From assembly GCF_001194135.2 (NCBI RefSeq), contig NC_068982.1, forward strand, positions 91,383,681 through 91,447,680: a stretch of DNA of 64,000 nucleotides, written 5' to 3'. How positions within the stretch are numbered: the stretch's first letter is position 1; every line of letters starts with the position of its first letter. The position numbers and the translations under genes were made by a program. Shown piece by piece: positions 50,201 to 61,557 of the stretch. The DNA comes from Octopus bimaculoides. Taxonomy: Eukaryota. The notes under the pieces were generated by a model, which saw only the letters and a list, made by a program, of their open reading frames with translations, was not told the origin of the DNA and made no database searches.

Positions 50201-50322
50201 TAAACATACCACAAGTACCAAAACAGCCTGAAAAAATAGTAATTGGAATGGAACTTCCTGCTAAAGGTTTGAAGAAGGGCATTTCCAAAGTGAAGAGCTT
50301 TCTAACTGAAACAGCATTTTAG
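31411..50322 (+). CDS. ARL10: ARL9/ARL10-like ADP-ribosylation-factor-like GTPase, 4 exons, 261 aa
   Basis: Exons of 255+181+185+165 nt join in frame. N-terminal hydrophobic segment, G1 GVEKAGKT, G2 PTQGF, G3 WEVGGA, G4 SKQD. Architecture and the E-x-GG G3 match ARL9/ARL10. Confidence 0.82.
33268..33483 (-). mobile_element. Young family B SINE with 11-bp TSD
   Basis: TSD aagtattagaa at 33257-33267 and 33484-33494; CpG-rich head aaggcgacgagctggcagaaacgttagcacgccgggcg...gagttcaaattccgccg. Confidence 0.9.
33818..33868 (-). ncRNA. Candidate minimal hammerhead ribozyme, G3:C8 variant (- copy)
   Basis: On -: tttgtca-GTGAACA-g-GTCGC(9 nt)GCGAC-GAAA-ATATTT-tggcaaa; 7-bp helix I with one G-U; self-complementary AATATT as helix III. 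Confidence 0.55.
33888..33938 (+). ncRNA. Candidate minimal hammerhead ribozyme, G3:C8 variant (+ copy)
   Basis: tttgtca-GTGAACA-g-GTCGC(ggtctcaaa)GCGAC-GAAA-ATATTT-tggaaaa; helix I has one mismatch in this copy. Confidence 0.5.
34094..35100 (+). mobile_element. Defective mariner transposon (mellifera-subfamily-like)
   Basis: TIR TTGGGTTGGCAAGAAAGT / ACTTTCTTGCCAACCCAA with TA flanks. Transposase remnant from ATG 34270: MECKNEHFRHILPFYFRKGKKA, TGNEKW, HHDNTRPH, YSPNLA; stops, frameshifts and a 3' deletion. Confidence 0.92.
35933..36151 (-). mobile_element. Family B SINE
   Basis: Same head and body as 33268-33483. Confidence 0.8.
36158..36838 (-). mobile_element. RTE LINE 3' end (ORF C-terminus plus 3' UTR, spans a gap)
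   Basis: YGHVVRMDEDSCVEKC...RGRGRPRKTWAEVVRQDL...DRDLWK; (GAT)n tail. Confidence 0.9.
38290..38447 (+). mobile_element. 5'-truncated family B SINE
   Basis: ttctgagctcaaattctgcc...aagtaccagttgagcactggggttg...ttgtgccaaaatttgaagccaatat. Confidence 0.72.
39406..39586 (+). CDS. ARL10: ARL10-like exon 2 (TTRIDDHNKKRVLVLGVEKAGKTTF...NFWE)
   Basis: ttcag| acceptor, G|gtaatt donor; P-loop; phase 0 to 1. Absent from the ORF track. Confidence 0.92.
39667..40060 (+). mobile_element. Family-A-headed SINE with RTE-like tail
   Basis: taggtgcaggaatgg head; ggaaacttaaagaagtcc core; ggaagagtatctgaccatagaaa...catctgaccc tail. Confidence 0.6.
40452..41585 (-). mobile_element. piggyBac transposon remnant (3' half of transposase plus one terminus)
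   Basis: TTAA|CCCTTT terminus at 40448-40457. Peptides on -: TNRREFP, WKDKRPIY, CPKAVKEYNAHMGGTDKNNQ, and the Cys-rich tail CRICRKK...C...C. Confidence 0.88.
41589..43037 (-). mobile_element. RTE LINE fragment (deleted and frameshifted), abutting the piggyBac remnant
   Basis: EMQFGFVRGRSTTDAIFLVRQL, FVDLEKAFDRVPR, KAPGPS, CKLWTHKRCS; RTE 3' UTR motif and (GAT)n at 41589. Confidence 0.9.
43850..44485 (+). mobile_element. Family A SINE with an unrelated ~240-bp insert in its internal microsatellite
   Basis: Head and core at 43850-43980, tail at 44280-44485. Confidence 0.65.
44660..44862 (-). mobile_element. Family B SINE (degenerate)
   Basis: aaggccagcaattttg...gcaaagttgacctcagcagtatttgaactca...ccagtgtgctaatgattctg. 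Confidence 0.7.
45468..45630 (+). mobile_element. Family A SINE 5' half, followed by an RTE 3' end (45631-46200, - strand)
   Basis: Near-consensus head taggagtggctgtgtggtaagtagcttgcttaccaaccac...ggttcagtcccactgcgtggcac, then catcatcatcgtttaacgtccgctttccatgc. Confidence 0.82.
46826..47010 (+). CDS. ARL10: ARL10-like exon 3 (VGGAPNLRPHWGRYIDG...IIASKQ)
   Basis: ttttcag| acceptor, CAG|gtaagt donor; phase 1 to 0. Confidence 0.92.
47997..49304 (+). mobile_element. Non-autonomous Helitron (interior hidden by gap)
   Basis: 5' A|TC start at 47997 (TCTATATATATAAAAATGAGAATG, (GTCT)n). 3' hairpin ACCCGG-GCAACG-CCGGGT at 49276-49293, then CTAG|T at 49301-49305. Confidence 0.8.
50158..50322 (+). CDS. 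ARL10: ARL10-like exon 4 (DLLGAMSPDEIRELL...FLTETAF*)
   Basis: Long polypyrimidine tract then aaaag|; completes KQ|D; TAG at 50320-50322; AATAAA at 50581 and further downstream. Confidence 0.9.
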   Translation, partial: DLLGAMSPDEIRELLNIPQVPKQPEKIVIGMELPAKGLKKGISKVKSFLTETAF

Positions 50323-52269
50323 CTTGAGGTACATTTAGAAAGAATAATAGAAAGTGTAGCATAGTTTATTTAAAGAAACTTCTACTTCACTTCTGCCCAC
50401 AGTATCACCAATTGTAAATATCAAGATAGTATTTTATTTGAAATTGTTACTATTTTGATGAATTCTGCATATCATTCTCTATTTTTATCATCGTTTTTCA
50501 CAGCAACTTTATTTACAATGTTGCCACTCGTTTATCCAGTAGAATATACAACAGCTGACTAGTGTTTAGCTTATATTTATAATAAAATAAATTATTATCC
50601 CTATACCAAAGAAAATAAATGTCAGGCCCTCCAAATTGGAACTTTATCCAATATAAAATTTTCTATAAAAGATCTGATACGCAGCTCTGACTGCATTTTA
50701 TGTATTAAACTAAGGTGACCTTCATGTTTTTGTGATCATCTGTATTTATTTTTCATACCACATATAATTCAAACTGTTTCCTACAATATTTTGAAAATAT
50801 TGTGAAGATAATCCAACCTGTTGCATTTCAGTGACTTTTGTTGTAACTTTGTTAAGAAATAAAAATAAAATAAAATTAATGTATTTTGTCAGTTCAAATA
50901 ATCATGTTATTATGGATAACTGGACAGTTAACTTTAGATTATTTTGTTACTTAATACTTATTATGAAATTGAAATTATTTATTAGGAATTGATTTTCTTT
51001 ACATCTGCAAGTCTGATTTGTATCATCTGTTAAATTGAATGTTTTTTTGTCAAATAACTAATGTTTTCCTACCATTTATTTAGTTGTTTTTTTTTTATTT
51101 TTGCTTTTAGTTTATTCATATTTTTCTTAAGTTTTGCTAATTAGAAGCAGTAATTTCAGATACAGGGAATAGTCCTGAAAACGTAATTGCATTCCAAAAT
51201 ATGCTTCTCACCATTACAAATTTATGACTTGTTTTTAGTACAAGTTTATCCTTTCTAGACACAGTGGGTCATTGTGGCCTTATCTGTAAATATAAGGTTT
51301 TTCTTTATTTTCATTTAAATTGCTTTTTTTTTTCCTTTTTATATTTGTATATTTTTCATTTTTATTTTTCTGTCTTAAGTATGAAGGAGTTTCTTTTTAT
51401 ATTTAAAGAAATCAATACTGTTGCAATGAGAAATTATATTTATAATCAAATATTTTATGTTTTTTATAAACTAGTTTATTATTCCACCACTGATAAACAT
51501 GATTAAAAAAACCCAAAAAACTACAGTATTAAAGTGTTCTATTTTTACCTAGAATATATGAAGGCAAGTTATCAAAGCTGGTTTGTTCAGTAAAATAGAA
51601 AATATACTCATTTAATGTCCACTTTCGCATGCTTATATCGATAGGATTTTCTATGGCTGGTTGCCCTTCTTGTTACCAAACCTCACGTATTTTCAAGCAA
51701 CATAGATAGGCTCTGCTTGTGTAGGCACATGTACATATACATACACAATGAGATTTATCCAGTTACCATCTAGTATATCCACTCATACCCAGGAATGTAG
51801 TGGAAGGTATGTGAGACTGAACCCAAGACCACATTGTTGGGAAGTAAGTTTTATTATTCACATTTTAAGATACTGTTTTAGAGGATTGCACTTGTCCAGA
51901 CACACAGCACCATTCCAATTTGATGATTTGCTGTTGGTTGATATTATGCTGTAGAGTTAGTTTTGTGAAGAGGAATGAGTGAACTCAATCATGGACACAT
52001 TCTCAGACTGGTGATATTTTACATCCCCAACTTCATGATTAATACTCTCCTTACTTTCTCATGTCGCCATAACTAATCAATTCTTATATTCCTAATATTG
52101 CATTATGCCGAATTCTGGAAAGGAAAATTGGAAAAAATTCTACAGAACTCTTTCAGATTATCATCAGCATTTTAATTTTAATGTTAGTTTATGCCAGTCA
52201 TACTAAGTGGCTTCTGCATTTATAAAAACTTTATGGTCATCATCATTAGCATTCATACTGATACTGGTT

Positions 52270-53400
52270 GGATAGTTTGACAGGATCCAACAGGTCAAAG
52301 AACTGCATTAAGCTCCTGAGATTAGGCTTCACTTCTTATGGCCTTTGTCTTCTACAAAATCTTTCCTGTTGAATCTCTTGGCACTCTTTTATATAGCTCT
52401 CATCCTCCATATGCACCACAGCCTTGTCTCCACTCTAGTACACTACATCTAATTTCTTTTATACCCAGTTTTTTCTTCAAGTCATTCCTGTACACTATTA
52501 CACATCTATTAGAGTATGCACACCTCTACATTGAATGCCCATATTTCACTACCACATATCATCACATTTGGTACACAAACATCAAACAATATAGTTTTCA
52601 GTTGGAGGAAGGACCTCTTTGTTGCCAGCAAAATAGCTTCCTGAACTTCCTCCACACAGTTTTTACTCTGAAATCTATTCTTTTCAAACTTTCTCTTCTC
52701 TTGACAATTTGATCACCTAGGCAACAACTTCTATTGAGTCTTCAAGGATTTGGAAAAAAAATATTTTATGGGTGCTCTTACAGCTAATTACTTCTGTGCA
52801 TCTGCTACATATCTTTCAGCCTTCTTATGATCCTACTGCATATCTTGCACAGCAATTATTGGGTACAACATGTAAAATGTGTACCAATTCCTTTCTTAGA
52901 CATTGGGTGTAAAGAGCCCTGGATGGTTTGAGAGTCCTATCTTCCTGTTAACTAAAATTTTTGCTTTTGCTAGATTTTTGTATCTACATTTGGAATTTCT
53001 TCTCCAATTCTTCAAAGATTTGTCTACAAGAACCAGGTCATAAGTGTAAAGAAGTTCTCATAGCTAGTTTTAAAGTCGTCTATTATGATCTGGAGAACTA
53101 CAATAAGTAGGATAGAGCTGAAGACTAAGCTCTGATGGACACCAGCTTTCTTGCTAAATTCCATTCATCACTTCTGATTGTGGTACATATGTAGAGACCT
53201 TGTAACTTGTCATAGCTTAATTACTCTGTTGCTTTCCCCCAACTATCTCAGTGTATTTCTCTGCCAGTAAACTTATTCTATTAATTCCAGTGTTGTATCT
53301 ACCATTAAAAATCTAAATGTTTCCCATGAGGAATCTTATTGAGACTTCCTTCCATCTTACTTCTTGTACATAACACACATCTACTCACCTCCACTCTACA
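52270..53400 (-). mobile_element. Old RTE RT remnant
   Basis: On -: EFSKKAGVHQSLVFSSILLIVVL, resembling VGVHQGSVLSPLLF; heavily decayed. Confidence 0.55.
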
Positions 53401-55411
53401 ATTTTTCCAGACTGACCTTTCATCATGCTAACATTGAAGTGCCATGTGATCTCAACATTGGGAATGTTTATATATGCAGCTTTTAGCAGTGAAGAGAGAT
53501 TTTACTGAGTTCATGTTTTGCTTGCATCTTCCAATTTGGTATGTTTTCCACACCTGGAGCCTCCCCCAACAGCTTCACAGAAGGTCCTTCATGTACTTTG
53601 TGACATCACCAGTAGTAGAAGGACCCCAAAATAGCCAGTACTCTGTATCAGTTCCTATTCAGTGCTACTGCCTTCCTAGACAGGCCACTCATGATGCAGC
53701 TTGCAAAGTCCATGTTTCACTCAAACATTTCATTTTGGTTGAGTGGGATTTAGCTTCCAAGAGGTGGTATAAAACTGACAGGGACAATGATTGCCTCATT
53801 TATTTTGATGATAGTAGAAATTTGTTTTTAAAATGATAGCCTGATTGCGAAGATAAATCTCTGAAAAGATGCATTTCAAAACAAATGAAAAAAATTTTCA
53901 AGTTATTTTCATAACTTCTAACCTATTTTTCTTTTTGTAAAAATCTAGTTTATATTCTGTAAATAATAGTAAAGAATAGAGATTTTTCACTGAATTTTCA
54001 TATATATATATATATGTGTGTGTGTATGTATATATATATATATATATGTAATCTATAGATTTTTTTCATCAATGCACAGTGCTAAGTTCCATATTGAATC
54101 TCAACAGGAATACTAGTGAGAAGTTATGAGGATAAAACTAAGCATTGCATATTTGTATATTATTAAAAACATGAATAATTTATATTGACTAGTTTAATCG
54201 AGAACTTTATATTTTGAATTTAAAAAATGGTTTTGTATTTTCTATATTGTTTGTCTAGATCTAAATGGGTGAATTACAGCAGCTAGAACAATTTCTTACT
54301 ACAACACTATATGTTAGAATGCTATACCAAAACAAAAAAATTACAGTAGCAACATCTTTCTGTTGTCAAGTGTGCCAAATACTAAAAGACCACAAATGCC
54401 AAGACCTATCCAATCCTTACAGACATGTATAGTAATGTACTTTGGCTAAGATACATTATTTCTGTAATTCGATTTGAATTCACTAAATCTATTTTGGGCA
54501 TCTAAGTTGCTAAATTTGGAAGGTATAATTGCTAGATTAAAATAACTGTTTTACATCCAGTTCACCATACTTGCATTGGCCAGATGTCTCTATATTCTTA
54601 CAGCTGGGATGTTATTCCTAATCTTCCATTCTTATTTCATACTACATTATCCATTTCTTTTTTTTTTTTTTTAAGTAGGATGTGATTTGAAGGGGATTAG
54701 TTTGTTTTTCCAAGGTAATGCAGTCAATATCAAAATCTCAATCTGAAGGAACTGGTTTACTATATATTGTCTGGCATTTTACATAAAGTCTCTCTTATTT
54801 GTACTAACCAGTGGCTCCCAACTTTTTGTAACTCAGTGCCTCTTTCACTAAATGCTATTTTAAAACATTTCTGTTTTGCAAAAAGGAAAAAAAAAAAGCA
54901 GGGTTAATTTTTTTGCCCTTATTAGCCATATTTTCTTATACTATCCCACCAGTGGCTGCCTCTTTTTAGGTATTTGTGTGAACCAAAGTCTGTGGAAATT
55001 AGTAAAGATGATGAGGACATATATAATGGAATAATAGCAGAGCATGATTCCTTATTAGTCAAGTTTCTGCTCACTGATAACACAATGCCTTACTCAAATT
55101 CTAACCTTGATGAAAACTTTTTTTTGAAAATGTGTTTAAAATATAAGTATTGTTCTTGGTTTAATTATCTTATTTCTAATAAAAATCACAACCCCTCAAA
55201 ATGTTCTATGCCTCTCCTCCACAGCATCCCTTGACATTTTCTAACCCCTTCGTGAGCTTAACCTTGACTGAAGTGCCCCATTCAAAACCACTAGGATTGA
55301 CCTTTTAAGCAGTTTGGTTTTCCTCAGTATTGTCTTCAAATTCATAAAGGTAAATAAGTCTCTCTAACTTGTCAGAATGATGACAAAAATGTGTGTATGT
55401 GNNNNNNNNNN

Positions 55412-55487
<76 letters not shown>
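55412..55487. repeat. Compound (TG)n(TA)n(GA)n microsatellite
   Basis: Direct reading. Confidence 0.95.
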
Positions 55488-55490
<3 letters not shown>

Positions 55491-57969
55491 TAGTAAAATA
55501 AATAATGACTAGGGCTGGACATCATTATCATTTAACATGTGTTCCATGCTGGCATGGGTTTGATGGTTTGACAAAATGTGATGGGTCCAAGGGCTGCAGT
55601 GTTTGCTTTGGCACAGTTTCTAAGGTTGGATGCCTTTAACACCAACCACTTTACAGTGAGTACTGAGTGTTTTTTTTTTCAAGCCACCAGCACTTGTGAG
55701 GCTACCATGCAGTTCACAAAATCCCTGAGAGAAAAGAGGTATCCTTATACTACATGAGGGAATTGAAGTATGAGAGAAGGGGGCTAAGCAGGTTTCTTGT
55801 AGTGAAGCTCGATGGTTACTCACATTTAGAAGAGAAAGTAAGAATGATCAGGTGGAACTGCAAAGAGATAATAGTGATGAGATGTCCAGGTAGCCCCTTC
55901 AAGGTACAAAGTGAGTGAAAATGAGTGGGGACAGAGGAACTAGGGAGGTGGGTGGATGAGGGTACTTATACAAATTATTTGTCCTTTTAACTTACTGATC
56001 AAGATGTTAGATACTAGGATATAACAAATTTTTACAGATATAGAATAGATGGAAGGAAACAGAAACAATGGGATGAAACCATAGAGAAAAGGTGAAGTTG
56101 TTTTAGGATAGTTGCTTTTTCGCTGGGTAAAATCTATAGAACTCCCATTTTTATAGATTTTACTCAGTTCTTAAAACTTCTAAGGATTAAAGTATATATA
56201 GACCATGCAGTAAAATTCTAGTTTCATGGACATCTTCTCTTGAAAAGGTTGCTGAAGACACTCTTAATATGTATAAAGTAGAGAAATCTCATCAGTTCAG
56301 GTTGCAATCTTTTATTATTAACATTTGGGGAGGTGAATGCATCAAATCATGAGGGATTAAAAGCATTTGTTGAGGTTCATTTGGAATCTCAATAAATAAC
56401 AAAAGTAATTTGGGGAGGGAAAAAGGAAGAGTACTGATCACATTGAAAGGCTTCTCTTCATTATTGACAATCCATTTGGAAATATTACAGATAAGTGAAA
56501 AAAAAAAGACTGACAATGTGAAACGAAGGTACAATAATATTACTAATAATGCTCAAGTATTTGGAGGGTGGGAGAGGGTAAGAAGAGATTTTGGAGAATT
56601 GTCAATGTTCCAATAATAAAAAAAGAGTCAGTTCAAATGGTTAGAGTCAGATAGATAAATGTTTGTTGCACACCTATTTGACTACGATTGTACAGCCGCA
56701 TGGTTAAGAAGTTTGCATTACAACTACATGGTTTCAGGTTCAATCCCACTGAGTGGCACTTACAACAAATGTCTTCTGCTGTAACCTTGAGTCAACTAAA
56801 GACTTGAGTGAAATTTGGTAGATGGAAACTGTATGAAAGTCTGTCATAGATCCGTCTTGGACAGTAGTTTTAATCCAGCTCCCAGTTTGGCATCACCACC
56901 TGGCCCTCATGTACCTTCAGCTGAGTTCCATCTGTTACAAGCGTTCATGCCATGTCTCTGGTCTAAGGAAAACTTCCTCCTCCTACAATAATACAGGCCC
57001 TGAAAGAGGTTTAGGACATTACCTTTATTCCTCTGACTAAATTATGGTTTACAAAAAAACAAAATGTGATAACAAAAAGATAATAATCATAAAGTTAATT
57101 GGACCTTTTGACATATTACAAGTCAGATTTTATGCAGCGATGTTATAAGTAATAAAGTGAATTAGAGAAATCTGTGGCCTTATGAAAAATACTCATGTAT
57201 GATAGGAGTAGCTACTGGTTAATTGTAACAATCATCTGGCTTCTACACTAGATGTGATCTAACTGAAAAGACCAAAAAGTGCTATGAATTTTGATTAATA
57301 CACTCTATAGCATTTGACAGTAAACACTAAGAAGGGCATACAGCCATAGAAACTAGACCAAAGCAGACATTGGTACACAGTGCAGTCCTCAGATCTGTTG
57401 AATCCTGTCAAAGTGTCTAAACCATGCTGGCATGGAACATGGATGTTAAATGACAATTATGATAACAGGAAAAAAAAAAGGGCTTGGGTAAAACATTTAT
57501 AATGCAATAAGTAGTTAATTTGATGTGTGTTAGGGAAATTGAAGGGACAAAAGGCATACAGAAGATTGCCTTCAAATAATTTGGAAGGGGAAATATATTG
57601 AGTAAACTGTCTGATAATTTTTCTCTTACACAAAAAATATGCTAAATGTATCATGTAAATCTACTATAAGAACAGACATCCTTTAGAATGGAGTAAAAAC
57701 CTGAAATAGTGAATGTATATTTCGTTTATATTTGTAGATGGGGTACATTTTAAGTTGAGCTAGAGATCCTGTACTGGTTAAATGGCAATAGGGTGCTGTA
57801 CCCTTACAAAGGAATTAATATGAATTTATGCTCTCTTATATTGTAAGGGATCAATAAACCATGTACATTTCTATTAGCTAATAAGGTAAATGGAGAGGTG
57901 AAGGATGATAGAGGGTGGTTAGTATAGGCTCACTCATATAACAGGGCAGTAACTCCTATGAACTGATAC

Positions 57970-58200
57970 TTTGTCTTGCAGGTGCCATGTAAAATGCATT
58001 CATGCTGGTATCATGTAAAAGTGCTCATGCTGGTTGCACATGAGAAGCACCCAGCACATTCTGTAAAGTGGTTGGCATAAGGAAGGTCATCAAGCCTCAG
58101 AAACTTTACCAAAATAGACAATTGGAGTCTGGACAACTCCTCTCAAACTGTCCAACCCATGCCAGCATGTAAAACGGATATTAAATGATGATGATGTAAA
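57970..58200 (+). mobile_element. RTE 3' UTR fragment
   Basis: ggttggcataaggaaggtcatc...caacccatgccagcatg...ttaaatgatgatgat. Confidence 0.7.
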
Positions 58201-58918
58201 ATGATGGTGATCAATATACTTTCAGTAGATTTTTGTATTAACATATAAATTGTTTAAGCAGATGTCATCAGCTTTGAATAAATTCTGTAATGGTGAGTTT
58301 ATGTTTTCAATAATTGGTGAGTTTGAAGTTATATTACTATTAAATAAATACAATAGAACACATAAATATATCTGCAACACTTGAGTATGTACTACCCAAA
58401 TATCAGTCAAAACTGTCCACTAAATAACTTACTGAAACACTCTAAAATCTATTCCAATTTTGCACACCTGTAATCTGATCTGAAATAACATTTGATGGTA
58501 ATGTTTTTTTTCGTTTTTCTTTTAATGATATTCTTAACACCAATGTTTTTATGATTAAAGATGAAATAAATATGATAAGACTGTTTTACTTTTATGTGAT
58601 GTTTTATTTCTTAATTTGTTGTATACTATTTCAGAAGAAATTAGGCCCACAATCTTTGATGTACCATCAGAAATGTGAATGTCACATGGTTTAATTTCTA
58701 TTGATATATTGAAATAACTGGAAAAAAACATATAAACAAATGTTGCACAAAGATTAAGGTGTCTTTTGAAAACAGATGTTAGGATAAAGTGGAATGAAGG
58801 CAACAAGACAAGCGGAAAATCATGTAATATGATGTGTTTTCAATATTAGTTAGCAACCGTAGAAAAAACAAACCCCCAAAAAACTACCATAGCAGCATTT
58901 GTATCCTTTAGCATTTAA

Positions 58919-59138
58919 CCCTTTCGTTACCAAAACAGCTGAAACCGGCTCTATCTCTGAGTACCAATGTTTTGTTTTCATAAGTTTTGAATTAAAATCT
59001 TCCATCAAACCTTAGTCACAATTTATGTTCCTAACATTAGCTGAATGATAACTAAGTTAAATTACTAAATTCTTTGTTATATTTAAAGTGATTGAAAGAA
59101 TCACAGAGCATCTTAAAATAAATACAGTAACGAAAGGG
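58919..59138. mobile_element. 220-bp piggyBac-type MITE nested in another piggyBac-like MITE
   Basis: TIR CCCTTTCGTTAC / GTAACGAAAGGG; TTAA on both sides (58915-58918 and 59139-59142); host MITE spans ~58905-59330. Confidence 0.88.
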
Positions 59139-59645
59139 TTAAAGTGGTTATATCAGGCCCCAAAATATTCTACCCATGTTATATTCAAACTGACCAGATC
59201 TTGTCTCTCACACTCACCCCCCAATGTCATTCTAAAAATATACAAGATAATGCCTGATTAATTCAAAATGTAAGTATTACATTTGACAGAGTAATCTGAA
59301 TGCTAAAGGTTTATTGATGCTGAAAATAGACATTACCAATGTCAATTCAATAAAATAGCAATAAAATATGGACAAACGTTTCAAACAGCAAGTATTCTTG
59401 TAGATATCCTGAAATTACTTAGTTAAAGATAGAAAATGGTAAATGGAAATGATCTGATGAAAATAATGGCTAACAACAGCAAAATTACATAAAGAATAGC
59501 AATAATTGTTAAGTTGAAGATAATGAGGACTAAAAACACAATTAGTGATTGTTTAGGCATAGGTATTAATACATTTATAGAAACAAATCAGATAATTTAC
59601 ATTATTTACATTTGACGGATATTTGTCCTCATCTTGTATATTGTT

Positions 59646-59691
59646 AACACAATGTTTCGGCTGATATACCCTCCAGCCTTCATCAGGTGTC
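59646..59691 (-). ncRNA. Minimal type I hammerhead ribozyme motif of the PLE pLTR
   Basis: On -: gacac-CTGATGA-a-GGCTG(gagggtatat)CAGCC-GAAA-catt-gtgtt. The + copy at 60515-60544 has lost helix II. Confidence 0.7.
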
Positions 59692-59750
59692 TTGGAGAAA
59701 TTTCAAACCTGGGTTCTCATTCCTAAGGTATTTTTCGATGTTATTATTCA

Positions 59751-59822
59751 GGTCACTGCCTGGAATCAAACTCGGAATCTTGGGGTTAGTAGCCCGCGTT
59801 CTTAACCACTATGCCATATGCC
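59751..59822 (-). ncRNA. tRNA-like Pol III head embedded in the PLE 3' region (second copy 60372-60444, +)
   Basis: A box TGGCATAGTGG, anticodon-like arm gggCT-ACT-AAccc, B box GAGTT(T/C)RATTCC; not a functional tRNA gene. Confidence 0.65.
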
Positions 59823-61526
59823 TGTGGGCAATTATGGAGCGAATTTTAGGGCTTATAAATCTAATATTTTCCTATCCTTCCTTAATACTGGTTCCCATAT
59901 GCTACTCATATCTGCACTTGGTCTGCTTAGGAGGTTGTTGTCTCCTAGCATATGTGCTGCTTCTTTTAGTTTACAAAAGATATGTGGCCCATATNNNNNN
60001 NNNNNNNNNNNNNNNNNNNNNNNNNNNNNNNNNNNNNNNNNNNNNNNNNNNNNNNNNNNNNNNNNNNNNNNNNNNNNNNNNNNNNNNNNNNNNNNNNNNN
60101 NNNNNNNNNNNNNNNNNNNNNNNNNNNNNNNNNNNNNNNNNNNNNNNNNNNNNNNNNNNNNNNNNNNNNNNNNNNNNNNNNNNNNNNNNNNNNNNNNNNN
60201 NNNNNNNNNNNNNNNNNNNNNNNNNNNNNNNNNNNNNNNNNNNNNNNNNNNNNNNNNNNNNNNNNNNNNNNNNNNNNNNNNNNNNNNNNNNNNNNNNNNN
60301 NNNNNNNNNNNNNNNNNNNNNNNNNNNATATTAGATTTATAAGCCCTAAAATTCACTCCATAATTGCCCATGGGCATATGGCATAGTGGTTAAAAGCACA
60401 GGCTATTAACCCCAAGATTCCGAGTTCAATTCCAGGCAGTGACCTCTGAATAATAATAATAATAACATCGAAAAATACCTTAGGAATGAGAACCCAGGTT
60501 CGAAATTTCCCCAAGACACCTGATGAAGGCTGAAACATTGTGTTAACAACAAACAAGATAAGGACAAATATCCGTCAAATGTAAATATTGTACATAATTC
60601 TTCATCTCTTAAATATAGAACTGAAATCAGATAATTTTTCAAACATTTCTTTTTATATTACATTTTTTTAATTGAGAAAATGGAAAGGAATGTTACATTT
60701 CTGCCTTTTTTAAGAGTATTGGCACCATCAATAACACAAGGTGACTTCAGTCAAGAAATGATAACATCTGAGAAACTCAAATCACAAGATCTCCACTACA
60801 CTCCATGGCATTTACTACTGAAGTTTCAGCTTCTTTCTGGTTCTTAAATATCTAGAAATAATACATCTCAATTAAAGTCCTGTATTTTCAAACATCTGCA
60901 CTTTAAAATTTTTATTAACTTTCTCAAAAAAAAAGTCATAAACCATGTTAATTTGTAAATTAGAATTATAGTATTTTTAACGATAGAAGTTCAGGTCCTT
61001 TTTTTTTATACTGTTTAGGTTAACAAAACACTATGAATCCTAAAACAAGTATTTATATAAATATAAAAATGTTGCAAAATAAGAAACCAATACCTAGGAC
61101 TATTTCTTTTGAAAATACTCAAGCTGACTACTTTTTATGTGTACGTGCACTGTACAACACACCAGCCAGTATAGCAACAACAGTAAATCCTTGTCCCATA
61201 ATTCGTAGTCTCATCATCATCTGAGATCTCCTTTGGTTACCAGTCCTCATTTGCCATATACCATAAGACAGAGCAAATGTTGTCAGAGCAAGTCCTGCAA
61301 AAAATAAAACAAAAAAAACACCAACATAAGAATTCTATTATAGTTATTATTATTATTATTATTATTCAGTAGTTTTATTTTTATTGTGTGCTTTCACTTC
61401 ACCACTGAGTACAGCTCTGTGCCTTGGGTATGTGCTGTGGTTTGCTGTGATGCTCTTATGGTTACTGTATTGAAAGTGTTTTGTGTAGGATGTGTGCAGT
61501 GCCCAGTAGTGCAATTTTCTGTATGT

Positions 61527-61557
<31 letters not shown>

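Larger units (their letters stand above)
59599..60623. mobile_element. Penelope-like element ends in back-to-back inverted arrangement
   Basis: Arms 59599-59867 (-) and 60328-~60590 (+). On -, CKLKEAAHMLGDNNLLSRPSADMSSIWEPVLRK resembles the PLE GIY-YIG C-terminus. 14-bp direct repeat aaatcagataattt at 59585-59598 and 60624-60637. Confidence 0.8.

Noticed and set aside
59751-59822. Functional tRNA-Ser(ACT) gene (also the tRNA-like heads of SINE families A, B and C)
   Set aside because: Acceptor and D stems are imperfect, there is no long variable arm, the two copies differ in the anticodon loop, and all are embedded in repeats.
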